In this document: positions 48,868-58,758 of the stretch, piece by piece
Layout of the letters: the number at the start of each line of letters is the position of its first letter
Numbering within the stretch: the first letter of the stretch is position 1
Source of the DNA: an uncultured Vicinamibacterales bacterium
Lineage (GTDB): Bacteria; Acidobacteriota; Vicinamibacteria; Vicinamibacterales; JAKQTR01
DNA: 64,000 bases
Reading direction: 5' to 3'
Assembly (NCBI GenBank): GCA_964396055.1
Contig: CAYNDV010000006.1
Location: 1,024-65,023, forward strand
The notes under the pieces: generated by a model
The model's database searches: none
The model's input: the letters and a program-made list of their open reading frames with translations, nothing else
Told to the model about the DNA's origin: nothing
Program-made: the position numbers and the translations under genes

Positions 48868-50634
48868 CTACGAGTCGGCGCGGATCTTCAGCTCGCGCAA
48901 CTGGCGCGGATCCACCGTCGAGGGCGCCTGCGACATCAGGTCCACGGCCTGCGCGGTCTTCGGGAACGCGATGACGTCGCGGATCGAGGGTTCGCCCGCC
49001 AGGATTGCGACGATGCGATCGAGCCCGAGGGCAATGCCGCCATGAGGCGGCGTGCCGTACTCGAGCGCCTCGAGGAAGAAGCCGAAGCGGGCCTTCGCCT
49101 CGTCGTCCGCGATGCCCAGGGCCCGGAACATCCGCTTCTGCAGGTCGTTGTCGTGGATCCGGATGCTGCCACCGCCGATTTCGCTGCCGTTGAGCACCAG
49201 GTCGTACGCCTGGGCACGGACCTCCCCGGGCGCCGTCTCCAGCCGATCCATGTCGGCCTCGATGGGCGAGGTGAACGGGTGGTGCATGGCCACGAACCGC
49301 TGCTCCTCGCTGTCCCAGTCGAGCAGCGGGAAGTCCACCACCCAGGTGAAGACGAACTCGTCGGGCTTGAGCCAGCCCTGGGCCTTCGCGATGTCGAGGC
49401 GCAGGTGCCCGAGCACCTTCGAGGTGGCGTCGGCCTTCCCCGCCGCCATCAGCAGCAGGTCCGCGGTCCCCGCGCCCGTCCGGTCGAGTGCCGCACGGAT
49501 GGCGGGTTCGCCCGCGGCCTTGAGCGCCGAACTCTGGACGGCGTCGCCGCTGCGGCGGGCCCACACCACCCCGCCGGCCCCCTGGGCCCGCGCCTGCTCG
49601 TTCAGCTCGTCGAGCTGCTTGCGCGAGAACCCGGCCCCGCCGGGCACCACGAAGCCGCGCACCACGCCCCCCCCGGCCACGGCGTCGCGGAACACGCTGA
49701 ACGTGGAGTCGCCGAAGAGCGCCGACAGGTCGCCGATGGCCATGCCGACCCGCAGATCCGGTTTGTCCGACCCGTACTTCGCCATCGCGTCGGCGTAGGT
49801 CATGCACGGGAACGGCAACGTCACCTCGCGGCCGATGACGCGGAAGATGTCGCGGATGAGGGGCTCGATCGTGGCGGCGACGAGCTCGCGCGTGGCGAAC
49901 GACATCTCGACGTCGATCTGCGTGAACTCGGGCTGCCGGTCGGCCCGCAGATCTTCGTCGCGGAAGCACCTGACGATCTGAAAGTAGCGGTCGAGGCCCG
50001 AGATCATGAGGATCTGCTTGAAGATCTGGGGCGACTGCGGCAGGGCGTAGAACTCGCCCGGATGCACGCGGCTCGGCACCAGGTAGTCGCGGGCGCCTTC
50101 GGGCGTCGACCGCGTGAGCATCGGCGTCTCGATCTCGAAGAACCGCTGGCTGTCGAAGTACTTCCGGACGGCCATCGTCACCTGGTGGCGCAGCTCGATG
50201 TTTCTCTGGAGCGCCGGGCGCCGCAGGTCGAGGTAGCGGTACTTGAGCCGCAGGTCTTCGTTGGCGTTCACGTCGTCGGTGACCACGAACGGCGGCACGC
50301 GCGCTTCGCTCAGGACCTTGAGCGTGGCGCAGTGGACCTCGATCTCGCCCGTGGGCATCTTCGGGTTCAGGGCCTCGGGCGCACGGGGCCGGACGCGGCC
50401 CTTCACGCCGATGACGAACTCGGCGCGCAGGTGTTTCGCCCGCTCGCGCAGCCCGTCGTCATCGACGACGATCTGCGTGAGCCCGTAGCGGTCGCGCAGG
50501 TCGATGAAGACGAGGGCGCCGAGGTCGCGGACCCGGTGCACCCAGCCCAGCAACAGCACGTCCGCGCCGGCGTCGGCCGCCCGCAGTTCGCCGCACGTGT
50601 GCGTGCGCGCCCAGTCGCCGAGTTTGTCCACCAT
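48868..50634 (-). CDS. aspS: aspartate--tRNA ligase
   Basis: Start set to ATG 50634 (MVDKLGDWARTHTCGELR; GGAGTGAGG 3-8 nt upstream; the frame is open to TTG 50664); class II motifs FRDEDLRADRQPEFTQID and GGSIRIH, GLDR. Confidence 0.95.
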   Translation of the reverse strand: MVDKLGDWARTHTCGELRAADAGADVLLLGWVHRVRDLGALVFIDLRDRYGLTQIVVDDDGLRERAKHLRAEFVIGVKGRVRPRAPEALNPKMPTGEIEVHCATLKVLSEARVPPFVVTDDVNANEDLRLKYRYLDLRRPALQRNIELRHQVTMAVRKYFDSQRFFEIETPMLTRSTPEGARDYLVPSRVHPGEFYALPQSPQIFKQILMISGLDRYFQIVRCFRDEDLRADRQPEFTQIDVEMSFATRELVAATIEPLIRDIFRVIGREVTLPFPCMTYADAMAKYGSDKPDLRVGMAIGDLSALFGDSTFSVFRDAVAGGGVVRGFVVPGGAGFSRKQLDELNEQARAQGAGGVVWARRSGDAVQSSALKAAGEPAIRAALDRTGAGTADLLLMAAGKADATSKVLGHLRLDIAKAQGWLKPDEFVFTWVVDFPLLDWDSEEQRFVAMHHPFTSPIEADMDRLETAPGEVRAQAYDLVLNGSEIGGGSIRIHDNDLQKRMFRALGIADDEAKARFGFFLEALEYGTPPHGGIALGLDRIVAILAGEPSIRDVIAFPKTAQAVDLMSQAPSTVDPRQLRELKIRADS

Positions 50635-50706
50635 GAGCCTCACTCCTGCCGGCATCCCGGCCAACGTCCTGCCACGGGGCCGGCCGCCAGGGCCGGCGCC
50701 CGACCG

Positions 50707-51960
50707 TCATGCGGGGAGCGCCGTCCGCACGTGTCCGACGATGCCGTTGCGCGCGACGCGCGTCTGCTCGCCGGTCCGCATGTCCTTCACCGCCACCTGG
50801 CCCGCGGCCAGCTCGTCGTCGCCCAGGATGAGCGCCAGGGCGGCCTCGAGGCGGTCGGCCCGCTTCATCTGCGACTTGATGCTGCGGCCCTCGTATTCCA
50901 TGTGCGCCTCGAAGCCCGCCTGACGGAGTTCGCGCAGCAGGGCCAGCGCCGGCAGGCGCGCGGCGTCGCCGAGGGCCGCCACGAACACCGGCGCGCGCCG
51001 CGCCACGCCAGCGTCGGGCGGCATGGCGAGCACGAGGCGTTCCACGCCGGCGGCAAACCCGATGCCCACGCGGTCGGGGCCGCCAAGCTGTTTCACCAGG
51101 CCGTCGTACCGGCCGCCGCCCAGGATCGCGCTCTGGGCGCCGATGTTGCCGGCCAGGATCTCGAACGTGGTCCGTGTGTAGTAGTCGAGGCCGCGCACGA
51201 GCCGGTGCGAGACCCGGTACGGGATGCCGTACAGCGCCAGGTACGACTCCACTGCGGCGAAGTGCGTGCGGCAGCCCTCGCACAGGTAGTCCACCGAGTG
51301 CGGCAACTGATCGATCACCGCCTGATCCGCCGGCACCTTGCAGTCGAAGATGCGCAGCGGGTTGGTCCCGGCCCGGCGCTGGCAGTCCTGGCAGAGCCGG
51401 GTCACGTCCTGGCCGAGGGCCGCGACGAGCGCCTCGCTGAACGCCGGCCGGCACACCGGGCAGCCCACCGAGTTGATGACGAGTTCGACGTCGCGGATGC
51501 CGAGTTCGGAGATGAGCGTCCACGCCAGATCGATCACCTCGGCGTCCACCGCGGGGTCCGCCACGCCGAACACCTCGACGTCGAGCTGGTGGAACTGGCG
51601 GTACCGGCCCTTCTGGGGCCGCTCGTACCGGAACATAGGGCCCAGCAGGTACAGCTTGGGCACGGCCATGTGCTGCTCCAGGCTGTGCTCGACGTACGCC
51701 CGCACCAGGCTCGGCGTGGCCTCGGGCCGCAGCGTGATGCGCTCGCCGCCCTTGTCGGTGAACGCGTACATCTCCTTCTGGACGATGTCGGTGGTCTCGC
51801 CGGTGCCCTTGGCGAAGAGTTCCTCGCGCTCGATGACGGGCGTGCGGACCTCGGCGTAGCCGTACCGCTCGAAGATGCCGCGGGCGGCGGCTTCGACGCG
51901 CTGCCAGCGCTCGACCTCGCCGGGCAGGATGTCGTGCGTGCCTCGGATGGCTGGAATCAT
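50707..51960 (-). CDS. hisS: histidine--tRNA ligase
   Basis: 417 aa from ATG 51960; [31 protein letters not shown] motif 2, GGGRYDGL motif 3. Confidence 0.95.
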   Translation of the reverse strand: MIPAIRGTHDILPGEVERWQRVEAAARGIFERYGYAEVRTPVIEREELFAKGTGETTDIVQKEMYAFTDKGGERITLRPEATPSLVRAYVEHSLEQHMAVPKLYLLGPMFRYERPQKGRYRQFHQLDVEVFGVADPAVDAEVIDLAWTLISELGIRDVELVINSVGCPVCRPAFSEALVAALGQDVTRLCQDCQRRAGTNPLRIFDCKVPADQAVIDQLPHSVDYLCEGCRTHFAAVESYLALYGIPYRVSHRLVRGLDYYTRTTFEILAGNIGAQSAILGGGRYDGLVKQLGGPDRVGIGFAAGVERLVLAMPPDAGVARRAPVFVAALGDAARLPALALLRELRQAGFEAHMEYEGRSIKSQMKRADRLEAALALILGDDELAAGQVAVKDMRTGEQTRVARNGIVGHVRTALPA

Positions 51961-52463
51961 GCCATGTAGTCCTTGCGGTAGTTCACGTACCGGCGCGCGT
52001 ACCCGGCGATGGTCTCGACCTCCGCGTCGGTCAACGCGCGCTTCACCCGGGCCGGCCGGCCGAACACGAGCGATCGCGGCGGCACGACGGTGCCCTCGGT
52101 CACGAGCGATCCAGCGCCGACGATGCTGTCGCGGCCGATGGTCGCGCCGTTGAGCAGCTGCGCGCCCATGCCGATCAGGCAGTTGTCGCCGACCGTGCAC
52201 CCGTGCAGGATCGCGCTGTGCCCCACCGTCACGTCGTCGCCCACGATCGTCGGGTGCGTCTGGAACATCACGTGGACCATGGTGAGGTCCTGGATGTTGG
52301 TGCGGCTCCCGATCCGGATGGCGTTCACGTCGCCGCGGATCACGACGTTCATCCAGATGCCGCATTCCTCCCCGATCTCGACGTCACCGATGACCTGCGC
52401 GCTCTGGTCGACGAAGACGCTGGGATGGACGCGGGGCAGCACGCCGCGGAAGGGGCGGATCAT
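51957..52463 (-). CDS. gamma-carbonic-anhydrase-like left-handed beta-helix protein (YrdA/PaaY type)
   Basis: 168 aa from ATG 52463; hexapeptide repeats with [24 protein letters not shown] and [13 protein letters not shown]; ATGA overlap with hisS start. Confidence 0.85.
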   Translation of the reverse strand: MIRPFRGVLPRVHPSVFVDQSAQVIGDVEIGEECGIWMNVVIRGDVNAIRIGSRTNIQDLTMVHVMFQTHPTIVGDDVTVGHSAILHGCTVGDNCLIGMGAQLLNGATIGRDSIVGAGSLVTEGTVVPPRSLVFGRPARVKRALTDAEVETIAGYARRYVNYRKDYMA

Positions 52464-53029
52464 GACCGCTCGCCGTCGATGCGCGGCAGCGTCACGTCGC
52501 GCTGCGCCTGGTACTTGCCCTTCTTGTCGCCGTAGGACGTGGCGCAGGGCTCGTCGCTCTCGAAGAACAGCACTTGCGCGATGCCCTCGTTGGCGTAGAT
52601 CTTCGCCGGCAGGGGCGTCGTGTTCGAGATCTCCAGGGTGGCCGTCCCCTCCCACTCGGGCTCGAAGGGCGTGACGTTGACGATGATGCCGCAGCGCGCG
52701 TAGGTGGACTTGCCCACGCAGACCGTCAGGACGTTGCGCGGGATGCGGAAATACTCCACCGTCCGCGCCAGGGCGAAGGAGTTGGGCGGCACGATGCACA
52801 CGTCCGCCGTGATGTCGACGAACGAGCGCGGGTCGAAGGCCTTGGGATCGATGACCGTCGAGTTGATGTTGGTGAACACCTTGAACTCGTCCGCCACGCG
52901 GATGTCGTAGCCGTACGACGACACCCCGAACGAGATGACGCCCTCGCGAACCTGGCCCTCGACGAACGGCTCGATCATGCCGTGCTCCCGGGCCATCCGC
53001 GCGATCCAGCGGTCCGACTTGATGCTCAT
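52460..53029 (-). CDS. dcd: dCTP deaminase
   Basis: 189 aa from ATG 53029; [49 protein letters not shown]. Confidence 0.93.
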   Translation of the reverse strand: MSIKSDRWIARMAREHGMIEPFVEGQVREGVISFGVSSYGYDIRVADEFKVFTNINSTVIDPKAFDPRSFVDITADVCIVPPNSFALARTVEYFRIPRNVLTVCVGKSTYARCGIIVNVTPFEPEWEGTATLEISNTTPLPAKIYANEGIAQVLFFESDEPCATSYGDKKGKYQAQRDVTLPRIDGERS

Positions 53030-53035
53030 ATCGTT

Positions 53036-53068
53036 CTTCGTGGCGTCCGGGCAGGGCTGAAGCCCTGC
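53036..53068. repeat. REP-like element, variant copy (CTTCGTGGCGTCCGG + GCAGGGC-TGAA-GCCCTGC)
   Basis: Shares the 15-nt CTTCGTGGCGTCCGG leader with the 31-mers but carries the GCAGGGC-type hairpin seen at 10722 and 55727. Confidence 0.75.
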
Positions 53069-53091
53069 ACCACACCGTCCGTCCGTTCGTC

Positions 53092-53122
53092 GTCCTTCGT
53101 GGCGTCCGGCTTCAGCCGGACG
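53092..53122. repeat. REP-like element, 31-nt copy 2
   Basis: GTCCTTCGTGGCGTCCGGCTTCAGCCGGACG, identical to 48814-48844; lies between DUF2905 stop and dcd start. Confidence 0.9.
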
Positions 53123-53127
53123 TCTCC

Positions 53128-53328
53128 TCACTTCTTGAGCAGCGCGATCACGATCGTCAGCACGACGCTGAGGATGATCGACGTCGTGATCGGCGCCAGG
53201 AACGTGAACGACCCGCGCCGCACCACGATGTCGCCCGGCAGGCGCCCGATGGGGACCCCCAGCCACAGCAGCGCACCCGCGGCCGCGACGAGCACCCCGA
53301 TGACGACCAGCACCTTGCCGAGCGCCAT
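53128..53328 (-). CDS. DUF2905 domain-containing small membrane protein
   Basis: 66 aa; [34 protein letters not shown] is the DUF2905 signature. Confidence 0.8.
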   Translation of the reverse strand: MALGKVLVVIGVLVAAAGALLWLGVPIGRLPGDIVVRRGSFTFLAPITTSIILSVVLTIVIALLKK

Positions 53329-53344
53329 GGTGGCCTCCCGCCGG

Positions 53345-53758
53345 CTAGATCAGCTCCATCCCGCGGAAGAAATACCCCAGTTCGAACGCCGCCGTCTCGG
53401 GCGCGTCCGACCCGTGCGTGGCATTCTCGCCGATGCTGCTGCCGAACTCGGCCCGCAGAGTGCCCGGAGCGGCCTTGGCCGGGTCGGTGGCGCCCATGAG
53501 GTCACGCCACTTCCTGATGGCGCCGTCGGCCTCGAGGGCCATCAGGACCACCGGCCCCGACGACATGAAGTCGGTCAGGCTCGGGAAGAACGGCCGCTCG
53601 CGGTGGACGGCATAGAAGCCCTCCGCTTCCGCCTTGGTCAGGCGCGTCTTCCGCATGGCCCGGATCGTGAAGCCGGCTTCTTCAATCCGCTTGATGATGG
53701 CGCCCGTGTGCCTCGCCGCGACGGCGTCCGGCTTGATGATGGCAAATGTCAGTTCCAT
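53345..53758 (-). CDS. ndk: nucleoside-diphosphate kinase
   Basis: 137 aa; [34 protein letters not shown] (active-site His). Confidence 0.96.
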   Translation of the reverse strand: MELTFAIIKPDAVAARHTGAIIKRIEEAGFTIRAMRKTRLTKAEAEGFYAVHRERPFFPSLTDFMSSGPVVLMALEADGAIRKWRDLMGATDPAKAAPGTLRAEFGSSIGENATHGSDAPETAAFELGYFFRGMELI

Positions 53759-53766
53759 ATCTCCCG

Positions 53767-53772
53767 ATTATA
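53767..53772 (-). promoter_or_regulatory. candidate -10 box (TATAAT) 8 nt upstream of the ndk ATG
   Basis: Minus strand reads TATAAT-CGGGAGAT-ATG; a 13-nt palindrome CCCGGATTCCGGG lies at 53783-53795 in the same divergent region. Confidence 0.3.
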
Positions 53773-53819
53773 ACGTGCGGCGCCCGGATTCCGGGATTTC
53801 CGTGTAGGCTGAAGCCGTC

Positions 53820-55175
53820 ATGCGCCACTCGTCACGCCGTCTCCGACGCCCCCTGCTGCCCCTCTGCCTCGCCGCCCTGATCGGGGGACTGGCGGTTCCT
53901 CCGGCAGCCGGCCAGCCCGCGCCCGCGACCCTGTCCTTCGCCGAGCGCGACGCGCTGCAGACCCGCTGGCTGAAGGAGCGGTTCGCCACGATCCTCCCCG
54001 ACCTGATGCGCAGGGAGCAGATCGACATGTGGATCGTCATCTGCCGCGAGCACAACGAAGATCCGGTGTACCGCACGCTGGTGCCGCAGCCGTCCATGTT
54101 CGCGTGGCGCCTCACGATGTTCGTCTACACGCACCGCGGCGCCGAAGTGGAGAAGCTGACGGTGAACCGCTACGGCGGCGGCGACCTGCACAAGGATTTC
54201 CCCTTGTTCTACCGCGCCGCCTGGGAGCCGGAGGCGCTCGACCCGTGGGAACGACTGGCGCGCCTCGTACGCGAGCGCAACCCGCGGCGGATCGGCATCA
54301 ACGAGTCGTCGGTGCTCGCGTTTGCCGACGGCCTGACAGCCACGTTGAGGGCCCGGCTGGTGCAGGCGCTCGGGCCCGACCTGGCCGCCCGGCTCGTCCC
54401 GGCCGAGCGGCTCGTCGTCGGCTGGCTGGAGCGGCGGTCCCAGGGGGAACTCGAGTTCTACCCGCGCATCGTGGCCCTGACGCACGCGATCGCCGCCGAA
54501 GCACTCTCGTCGAGACGTATCACGCCCGGCGTGACGACCATCGACGACCTCGAGAACTGGACGCGGGAACGGTACGCCGACCTGCGGGTCGACACCTGGT
54601 TCCCGCCGATGTACTACATCTCCCGGCCGGCCTCCGCCGGCCCGCCCACACGCGTGATCCAGAAGGGCGACGTCGTCCGGTGCGATATCGGCGTGACCTA
54701 CGCCGGGCTGACGTCCGACGTGCAGCAGCTGGCCTACGTCCTGAAGGATGGCGAGACCGACGCCCCGGCCGGGTTGAGGGCGGCCCTGGCCCAGGGCAAC
54801 CGGCTCCAGGAGATCTTCATGGAGCATTTCCGCGCCGGCCGGACCGGGAACGACGTGCTGAAGGCCGTGCTGGCGCAGGCACGCTTCGAGGGCCTGACGC
54901 CGAAAGTGTATTCCCACCCGCTGGGGTTCCACGGCCACGCCGCAGGGTCGCGCATCGGCCTGCCGGACATGCAGGATGGCGTGCCGGGCATGGGCGACCT
55001 GCCCCTCATCGACGACACGGTGTGGGCCGTCGAACTGGGCGTGTCGGTGACGATTCCCGAATGGGGCGGCGAGACGCTGCAGGTGGCGCTGGAGGAAGAC
55101 GCTCAGTTCACGCGGGCCGGCGGACGTTTCCTCGACGGCCGCCAGACCCGCTTCCACCTCGTCGGCCCGTTTTAG
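53820..55175 (+). CDS. M24 family metallopeptidase (Xaa-Pro aminopeptidase-like), secreted
   Basis: 451 aa; signal peptide RRPLLPLCLAALIGGLAVPPAAG; pita-bread fold motifs GDVVRCDIGV, SHPLGFHGH, VELGV. Confidence 0.8.
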   Translation: MRHSSRRLRRPLLPLCLAALIGGLAVPPAAGQPAPATLSFAERDALQTRWLKERFATILPDLMRREQIDMWIVICREHNEDPVYRTLVPQPSMFAWRLTMFVYTHRGAEVEKLTVNRYGGGDLHKDFPLFYRAAWEPEALDPWERLARLVRERNPRRIGINESSVLAFADGLTATLRARLVQALGPDLAARLVPAERLVVGWLERRSQGELEFYPRIVALTHAIAAEALSSRRITPGVTTIDDLENWTRERYADLRVDTWFPPMYYISRPASAGPPTRVIQKGDVVRCDIGVTYAGLTSDVQQLAYVLKDGETDAPAGLRAALAQGNRLQEIFMEHFRAGRTGNDVLKAVLAQARFEGLTPKVYSHPLGFHGHAAGSRIGLPDMQDGVPGMGDLPLIDDTVWAVELGVSVTIPEWGGETLQVALEEDAQFTRAGGRFLDGRQTRFHLVGPF

Positions 55176-55184
55176 GTCGAATGC

Positions 55185-55206
55185 AAAAGGGGCCTGGCCC
55201 CTTTTT
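55185..55206. terminator. canonical intrinsic terminator (bidirectional A-tract / T-tract)
   Basis: AAAAGGGGC-CTG-GCCCCTTTTT, 10 nt after the M24 peptidase stop; the only textbook U-tract terminator I saw in the window. Confidence 0.75.
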
Positions 55207-55301
55207 CTGTGGCAGAATGGGCGTGCCCCCCACGGACCGGGCGTGCCCGGGCCGCACAGGATTGTCATCATCAGGCGCGTCAGCGCCAGGGGGAGCCCGC
55301 C

Positions 55302-55502
55302 ATGATCGTCGCACCCACGATGCACCCGCCCGCCCATCGCGATCAGTTCGCCACGAAAGGCACCCTGGAGGGGGATCACCCCACCGACGTCCAGCAGTGC
55401 AACTGCCACGGCGCCGCGCTCGACGGCAACGGCCTGCCGTGTGACGAGGTCGCCATCGCCGAGGATGTCATGGGCGCCGAAGCGGACGAGACGCAGGGGT
55501 AG
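55302..55502 (+). CDS. orphan small acidic Cys/His-containing protein (66 aa)
   Basis: ATG preceded by GGGGGAG at a 6-nt spacing; 58 of 66 codons end in G or C by hand count, with position-1 G+C above position-2 G+C, as in real genes here; product MIVAPTMHPPAHRDQFATKGTLEGDHPTDVQQCNCHGAALDGNGLPCDEVAIAEDVMGAEADETQG; no family recognised. Confidence 0.45.
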   Translation: MIVAPTMHPPAHRDQFATKGTLEGDHPTDVQQCNCHGAALDGNGLPCDEVAIAEDVMGAEADETQG

Positions 55503-55520
55503 GAACTGACGCTGAGAGAA

Positions 55521-55580
55521 GCAAGAAGCAAGAAGCAAGAAGAAGAGACGAAGAGACGAAGAGACGAAGAGACGAAGCGG
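55521..55580. repeat. compound tandem array (GCAAGAA)x3 + (GAAGAGAC)x4
   Basis: Read directly; purine-rich on the plus strand; the heptamer is the same unit as CAAGAAG at 6376-6389. Confidence 0.95.
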
Positions 55581-55611
55581 CCGCACGGAGAACGACGATA
55601 CCTCATGCAGC

Positions 55612-55646
55612 ACGGGCCCGGCCGGTGCGAAACCGGCCGGGCCCGT
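55612..55646. terminator. 15-bp perfect GC hairpin (terminator-like, no U-tract)
   Basis: ACGGGCCCGGCCGGT-GCGAA-ACCGGCCGGGCCCGT, between the small ORF / repeat array and the korB 3' end. Confidence 0.45.
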
Positions 55647-55720
55647 CGTGTCTCTGCGGCCAGCGGAGTGAGTTGCGTCCCTGCTCCCCGCGTGCCGCGC
55701 TCCAGGCGCCTCCCATGTCC

Positions 55721-55750
55721 CGTAGTGCAGGGCTTCAGCCCTGCCGGGCC
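55721..55750. repeat. REP-like hairpin element, copy B (GCAGGGC-TTCA-GCCCTGC core)
   Basis: CGTAGTGCAGGGCTTCAGCCCTGCCGGGCC, one mismatch to 10716-10745; 7 nt downstream of the korB stop. Confidence 0.75.
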
Positions 55751-55756
55751 CCGTGC

Positions 55757-56803
55757 CTATCGCAACCGATCCATGATCTCCTGCAGCGCCTCACGCGAGG
55801 GCCGGGTCTTGTCCTCGCCGAGCATCGACAGGGGCGTGTCCACGGTGTTCAGCAGGTCCGTGAACGTCTCGCGGTCGGGCTCGATGTAGATCAGGCCCGT
55901 GGCGAACTCGCCCTTCATGTTGCTCTCGTGCAGCAGCGTGAGGGCCGCCACCTTGTTGTGCGGGTCGTAGCCCTCGTCCAGCTTCTTCAGGAACACCTTC
56001 GACCCGTCGGGCATCGTCACGGTGTGCGCCGTGCCGGGCTCGTAGTCCACCGAGATGTCCTCGAAGAACGGCACGAAACTGATCTCGGCCACCGGGTCGT
56101 CGTGGTCCTTGACGTAGGCGTAGCTCTTGGTCGACCCCTCGTGATCGTTGAACGTCACGCAGGGCGAAATGACATCGAGCAGCGCCGTGCCGCGGTGCGC
56201 GATCGCGGCCTTGAGGATGGCCGAGAGCTGCTTCTTGTCGCCGGAGAACGACCGGGCCACGAACGTGGCGCCGAGCTGGACGGCCAGCGCGCACAGGTCC
56301 ATGGGCGGCAGGTCGTTCACCACGCCGTTCTTCAGCTTCGATCCGAGGTCGGCGGTCGGTGAGAGCTGGCCCTTGGTGAGCCCGTAACAGCCGTTGTTCT
56401 CGACGATGTAGATGATCGGGATGTTGCGGCGCATCAGGTGCATGAACTGCCCCGCGCCGATGGCTCCCGTGTCGCCGTCGCCGCTGACGCCGATGGGCAT
56501 CAGGTGCTTGTTGGCCAGCACGGCGCCGGTGGCGACGGCGGGCATGCGGCCGTGCACGGCGTTGAAGCCGTGCGAGGTGCCCAGGAAGTACGCCGGGCTC
56601 TTACTCGAGCAGCCGATGCCCGACAGCTTGATGACGCGGGCCGGGTCGACGCCCATCTCGAAGTAGGCTTCGACGATGCGCTCGGAGATGGCGTTGTGGC
56701 CGCAGCCGGCGCAGAGGGTGGTCTTGCCGCCGCGGTACGTGGCCAGTTCGAGGTGGATGCGGTTGATCTTCTTGCCGGGTGCCGGCGAGGCTGTCGTCGA
56801 CAT
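55757..56803 (-). CDS. korB: 2-oxoacid:ferredoxin oxidoreductase subunit beta (TPP-binding)
   Basis: 348 aa; CAGCGH, GIGCS and SGDGDTGAIG (TPP GDG motif) typical of KorB. Confidence 0.9.
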   Translation of the reverse strand: MSTTASPAPGKKINRIHLELATYRGGKTTLCAGCGHNAISERIVEAYFEMGVDPARVIKLSGIGCSSKSPAYFLGTSHGFNAVHGRMPAVATGAVLANKHLMPIGVSGDGDTGAIGAGQFMHLMRRNIPIIYIVENNGCYGLTKGQLSPTADLGSKLKNGVVNDLPPMDLCALAVQLGATFVARSFSGDKKQLSAILKAAIAHRGTALLDVISPCVTFNDHEGSTKSYAYVKDHDDPVAEISFVPFFEDISVDYEPGTAHTVTMPDGSKVFLKKLDEGYDPHNKVAALTLLHESNMKGEFATGLIYIEPDRETFTDLLNTVDTPLSMLGEDKTRPSREALQEIMDRLR

Positions 56804-56806
56804 GCG

Positions 56807-58648
56807 TTACCTCTTCACCGTTTCGGATTCCTGCGCCAGCACTTCGTCGCTGATCGACCGCGCGTCAATCGGCAGCCCCGTGTAGTAGAGCACGCTGCGG
56901 AGCTTGCCGATCTGCCCGGGCGTCAGGTCCAGCTTCAGGAGCGACAGCATCTGCGCGTCGCGGTTCTGTTCGATGACGTAGACCCGCGCATGGCGATCGA
57001 TGAAGGCCTCGACCGCCTGCGTGAACGGGTACGCCTTCAGGCGCATGTAGGACGTGCGCACGCCGGCCTCGCGCAGCTGGTCGCGGGCCTCTTCCACGGA
57101 CCCGTGGCTGCTGCCGTAGGCGACCAGGGCGATGTCGGCCTGCGGGTCGAAATCGACGTCCTCGGCCGGTACCCACGACCGGGCGGTTTCGAACTTCTTC
57201 GCCAGGCGGTCCACGTTCGCCACGTAGTCGTCGGCGCGCTCGCTGTACTGGCCGCGGGCGTTATGGCCGGACCCGCGGTTGAAGTAGGCGGGCATGCCGT
57301 CACCCGGCACGCTGCGCCACGGGATCCCGTCGCCATCGACATCCAGGTAGCGGCCCCAGTCGCCGAGGCGCTTCAGGGTCTCGGCGTCGAGGCGCTTGCC
57401 GCGGTCGAGGGGCTTCTCGGGATACGGGAACTGATCCGACATCCAGGTGTTCATGCCCAGGTCGAGGTCGGTCATCACGAAGACGGGCGTCTGGAACCGC
57501 TCGGCCAGGTCGAAGGCCTGGATCGTGAACGCATAACACTCCTCCGCCGAGGAGGGCATCAGCATGAGGTGCTTCGTGTCGCCATGGGACAGGACGGCCG
57601 TGGTCAGCATGTCGCCCTGGGCCGTGCGCGTCGGCAGGCCCGTGGACGGCCCCGTGCGCTGCACGTCGATGATCACCGCGGGCACCTCGGTGTAGTAGCC
57701 CAGGCCCACGAACTCGCTCATCAGGGAAATGCCGGGGCCCGAGGTGGAGGTCATGGACCGGGCGCCGGCCCAGCCGGCGCCAAGCGCCATACCGATGGAC
57801 GCCAGCTCGTCCTCGGCCTGGACGACGGCAAAGGTGGCCTTGCCGGTGTCGGGGTCCATCCGGTACTTCTTCAGGTAGTCGATGAGCGTCTCGACGACGG
57901 TGGTCGAGGGGGTGATCGGGTACCACGTCACCACGGTGACGCCCGCCATCATGGCGCCGACGGCAATGGCGGCGTTGGCCTCGATGAGGATCTTGCCGCC
58001 CGTCTTGTCCATGCGCTCGACCCGGAAGGGATCGCGCTTGGGCAGGTGCTGTGCGGCGTAGTCGTAGCCGGCCTTCAGCGCCGCCTGGTTGAGGGTGACG
58101 GCCTTGGCCTTCTTCCCGAGCTGCTTGTTGAGGGCGATTTCCATCTCGCCCGTCTCGATGCCCAGGAGCTTCGACAGGACGCCATCGTAGATCATGTTGC
58201 GGACGAGGCGGCGCAGCTTGGCGTCGGGGCAGATCGGCTTGACCAGCTCGTCGAACGGCACCGGATAGAACACCAGGTCGCTGCGCAGCGCGTCGAGTTT
58301 CAGGGGCGCGTCGTAGAGCACGGCGGCGCCCGGGTCGAGGGCCTTCACGTCCTCCTCGGCGGTCTCGGGGTTCATCGCCACGAGGAAGTCGATTTCCTTC
58401 TTGCGGCCGATGTACCCGTGCTTGCTCGCGCGGATGGTGTACCAGGTGGGCAACCCGGCGATGTTGGACGGAAAGAGGTTCTTGCCCGAGACCGGGATGC
58501 CCATCTGGAACAGCGACCGGATGAGCACGAGGTTGGCGGTCTGGCTACCGGACCCGTTGACCGTGGCGACCTGGATGCTGAAATCGTTGACCACTTCAGC
58601 GCCCGCCGCGCCGGCCGTCCGGTCCTGGACGGCGACTTCAGAAGACAT
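56807..58648 (-). CDS. korA: 2-oxoacid:ferredoxin oxidoreductase subunit alpha
   Basis: 613 aa from ATG 58648; N-terminal gamma-type domain (VATVNGSGSQTANLVL) fused to the alpha domain (ITPSTTVVE, SMTSTSGPGISLMSE). Confidence 0.9.
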   Translation of the reverse strand: MSSEVAVQDRTAGAAGAEVVNDFSIQVATVNGSGSQTANLVLIRSLFQMGIPVSGKNLFPSNIAGLPTWYTIRASKHGYIGRKKEIDFLVAMNPETAEEDVKALDPGAAVLYDAPLKLDALRSDLVFYPVPFDELVKPICPDAKLRRLVRNMIYDGVLSKLLGIETGEMEIALNKQLGKKAKAVTLNQAALKAGYDYAAQHLPKRDPFRVERMDKTGGKILIEANAAIAVGAMMAGVTVVTWYPITPSTTVVETLIDYLKKYRMDPDTGKATFAVVQAEDELASIGMALGAGWAGARSMTSTSGPGISLMSEFVGLGYYTEVPAVIIDVQRTGPSTGLPTRTAQGDMLTTAVLSHGDTKHLMLMPSSAEECYAFTIQAFDLAERFQTPVFVMTDLDLGMNTWMSDQFPYPEKPLDRGKRLDAETLKRLGDWGRYLDVDGDGIPWRSVPGDGMPAYFNRGSGHNARGQYSERADDYVANVDRLAKKFETARSWVPAEDVDFDPQADIALVAYGSSHGSVEEARDQLREAGVRTSYMRLKAYPFTQAVEAFIDRHARVYVIEQNRDAQMLSLLKLDLTPGQIGKLRSVLYYTGLPIDARSISDEVLAQESETVKR

Positions 58649-58758
58649 CGAACAGTCCCTGCGTGGAGACGCGCAGGCGCCGGCAGGCGGCCCGTCCGCC
58701 CGGCGTGACGCAAGCGCAGATGAAAACTCACTCCGTGAACATGCAACTATAGCACGCA

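Noticed and set aside
55209-55301. GTG-initiated 97-aa version of the small ORF
   Set aside because: The GTG lies 3 nt after the terminator T-tract. The upstream 31 codons have clearly weaker third-position G+C (about two thirds by hand count) and no ribosome-binding site. ATG 55302 with GGGGGAG upstream is the better start.
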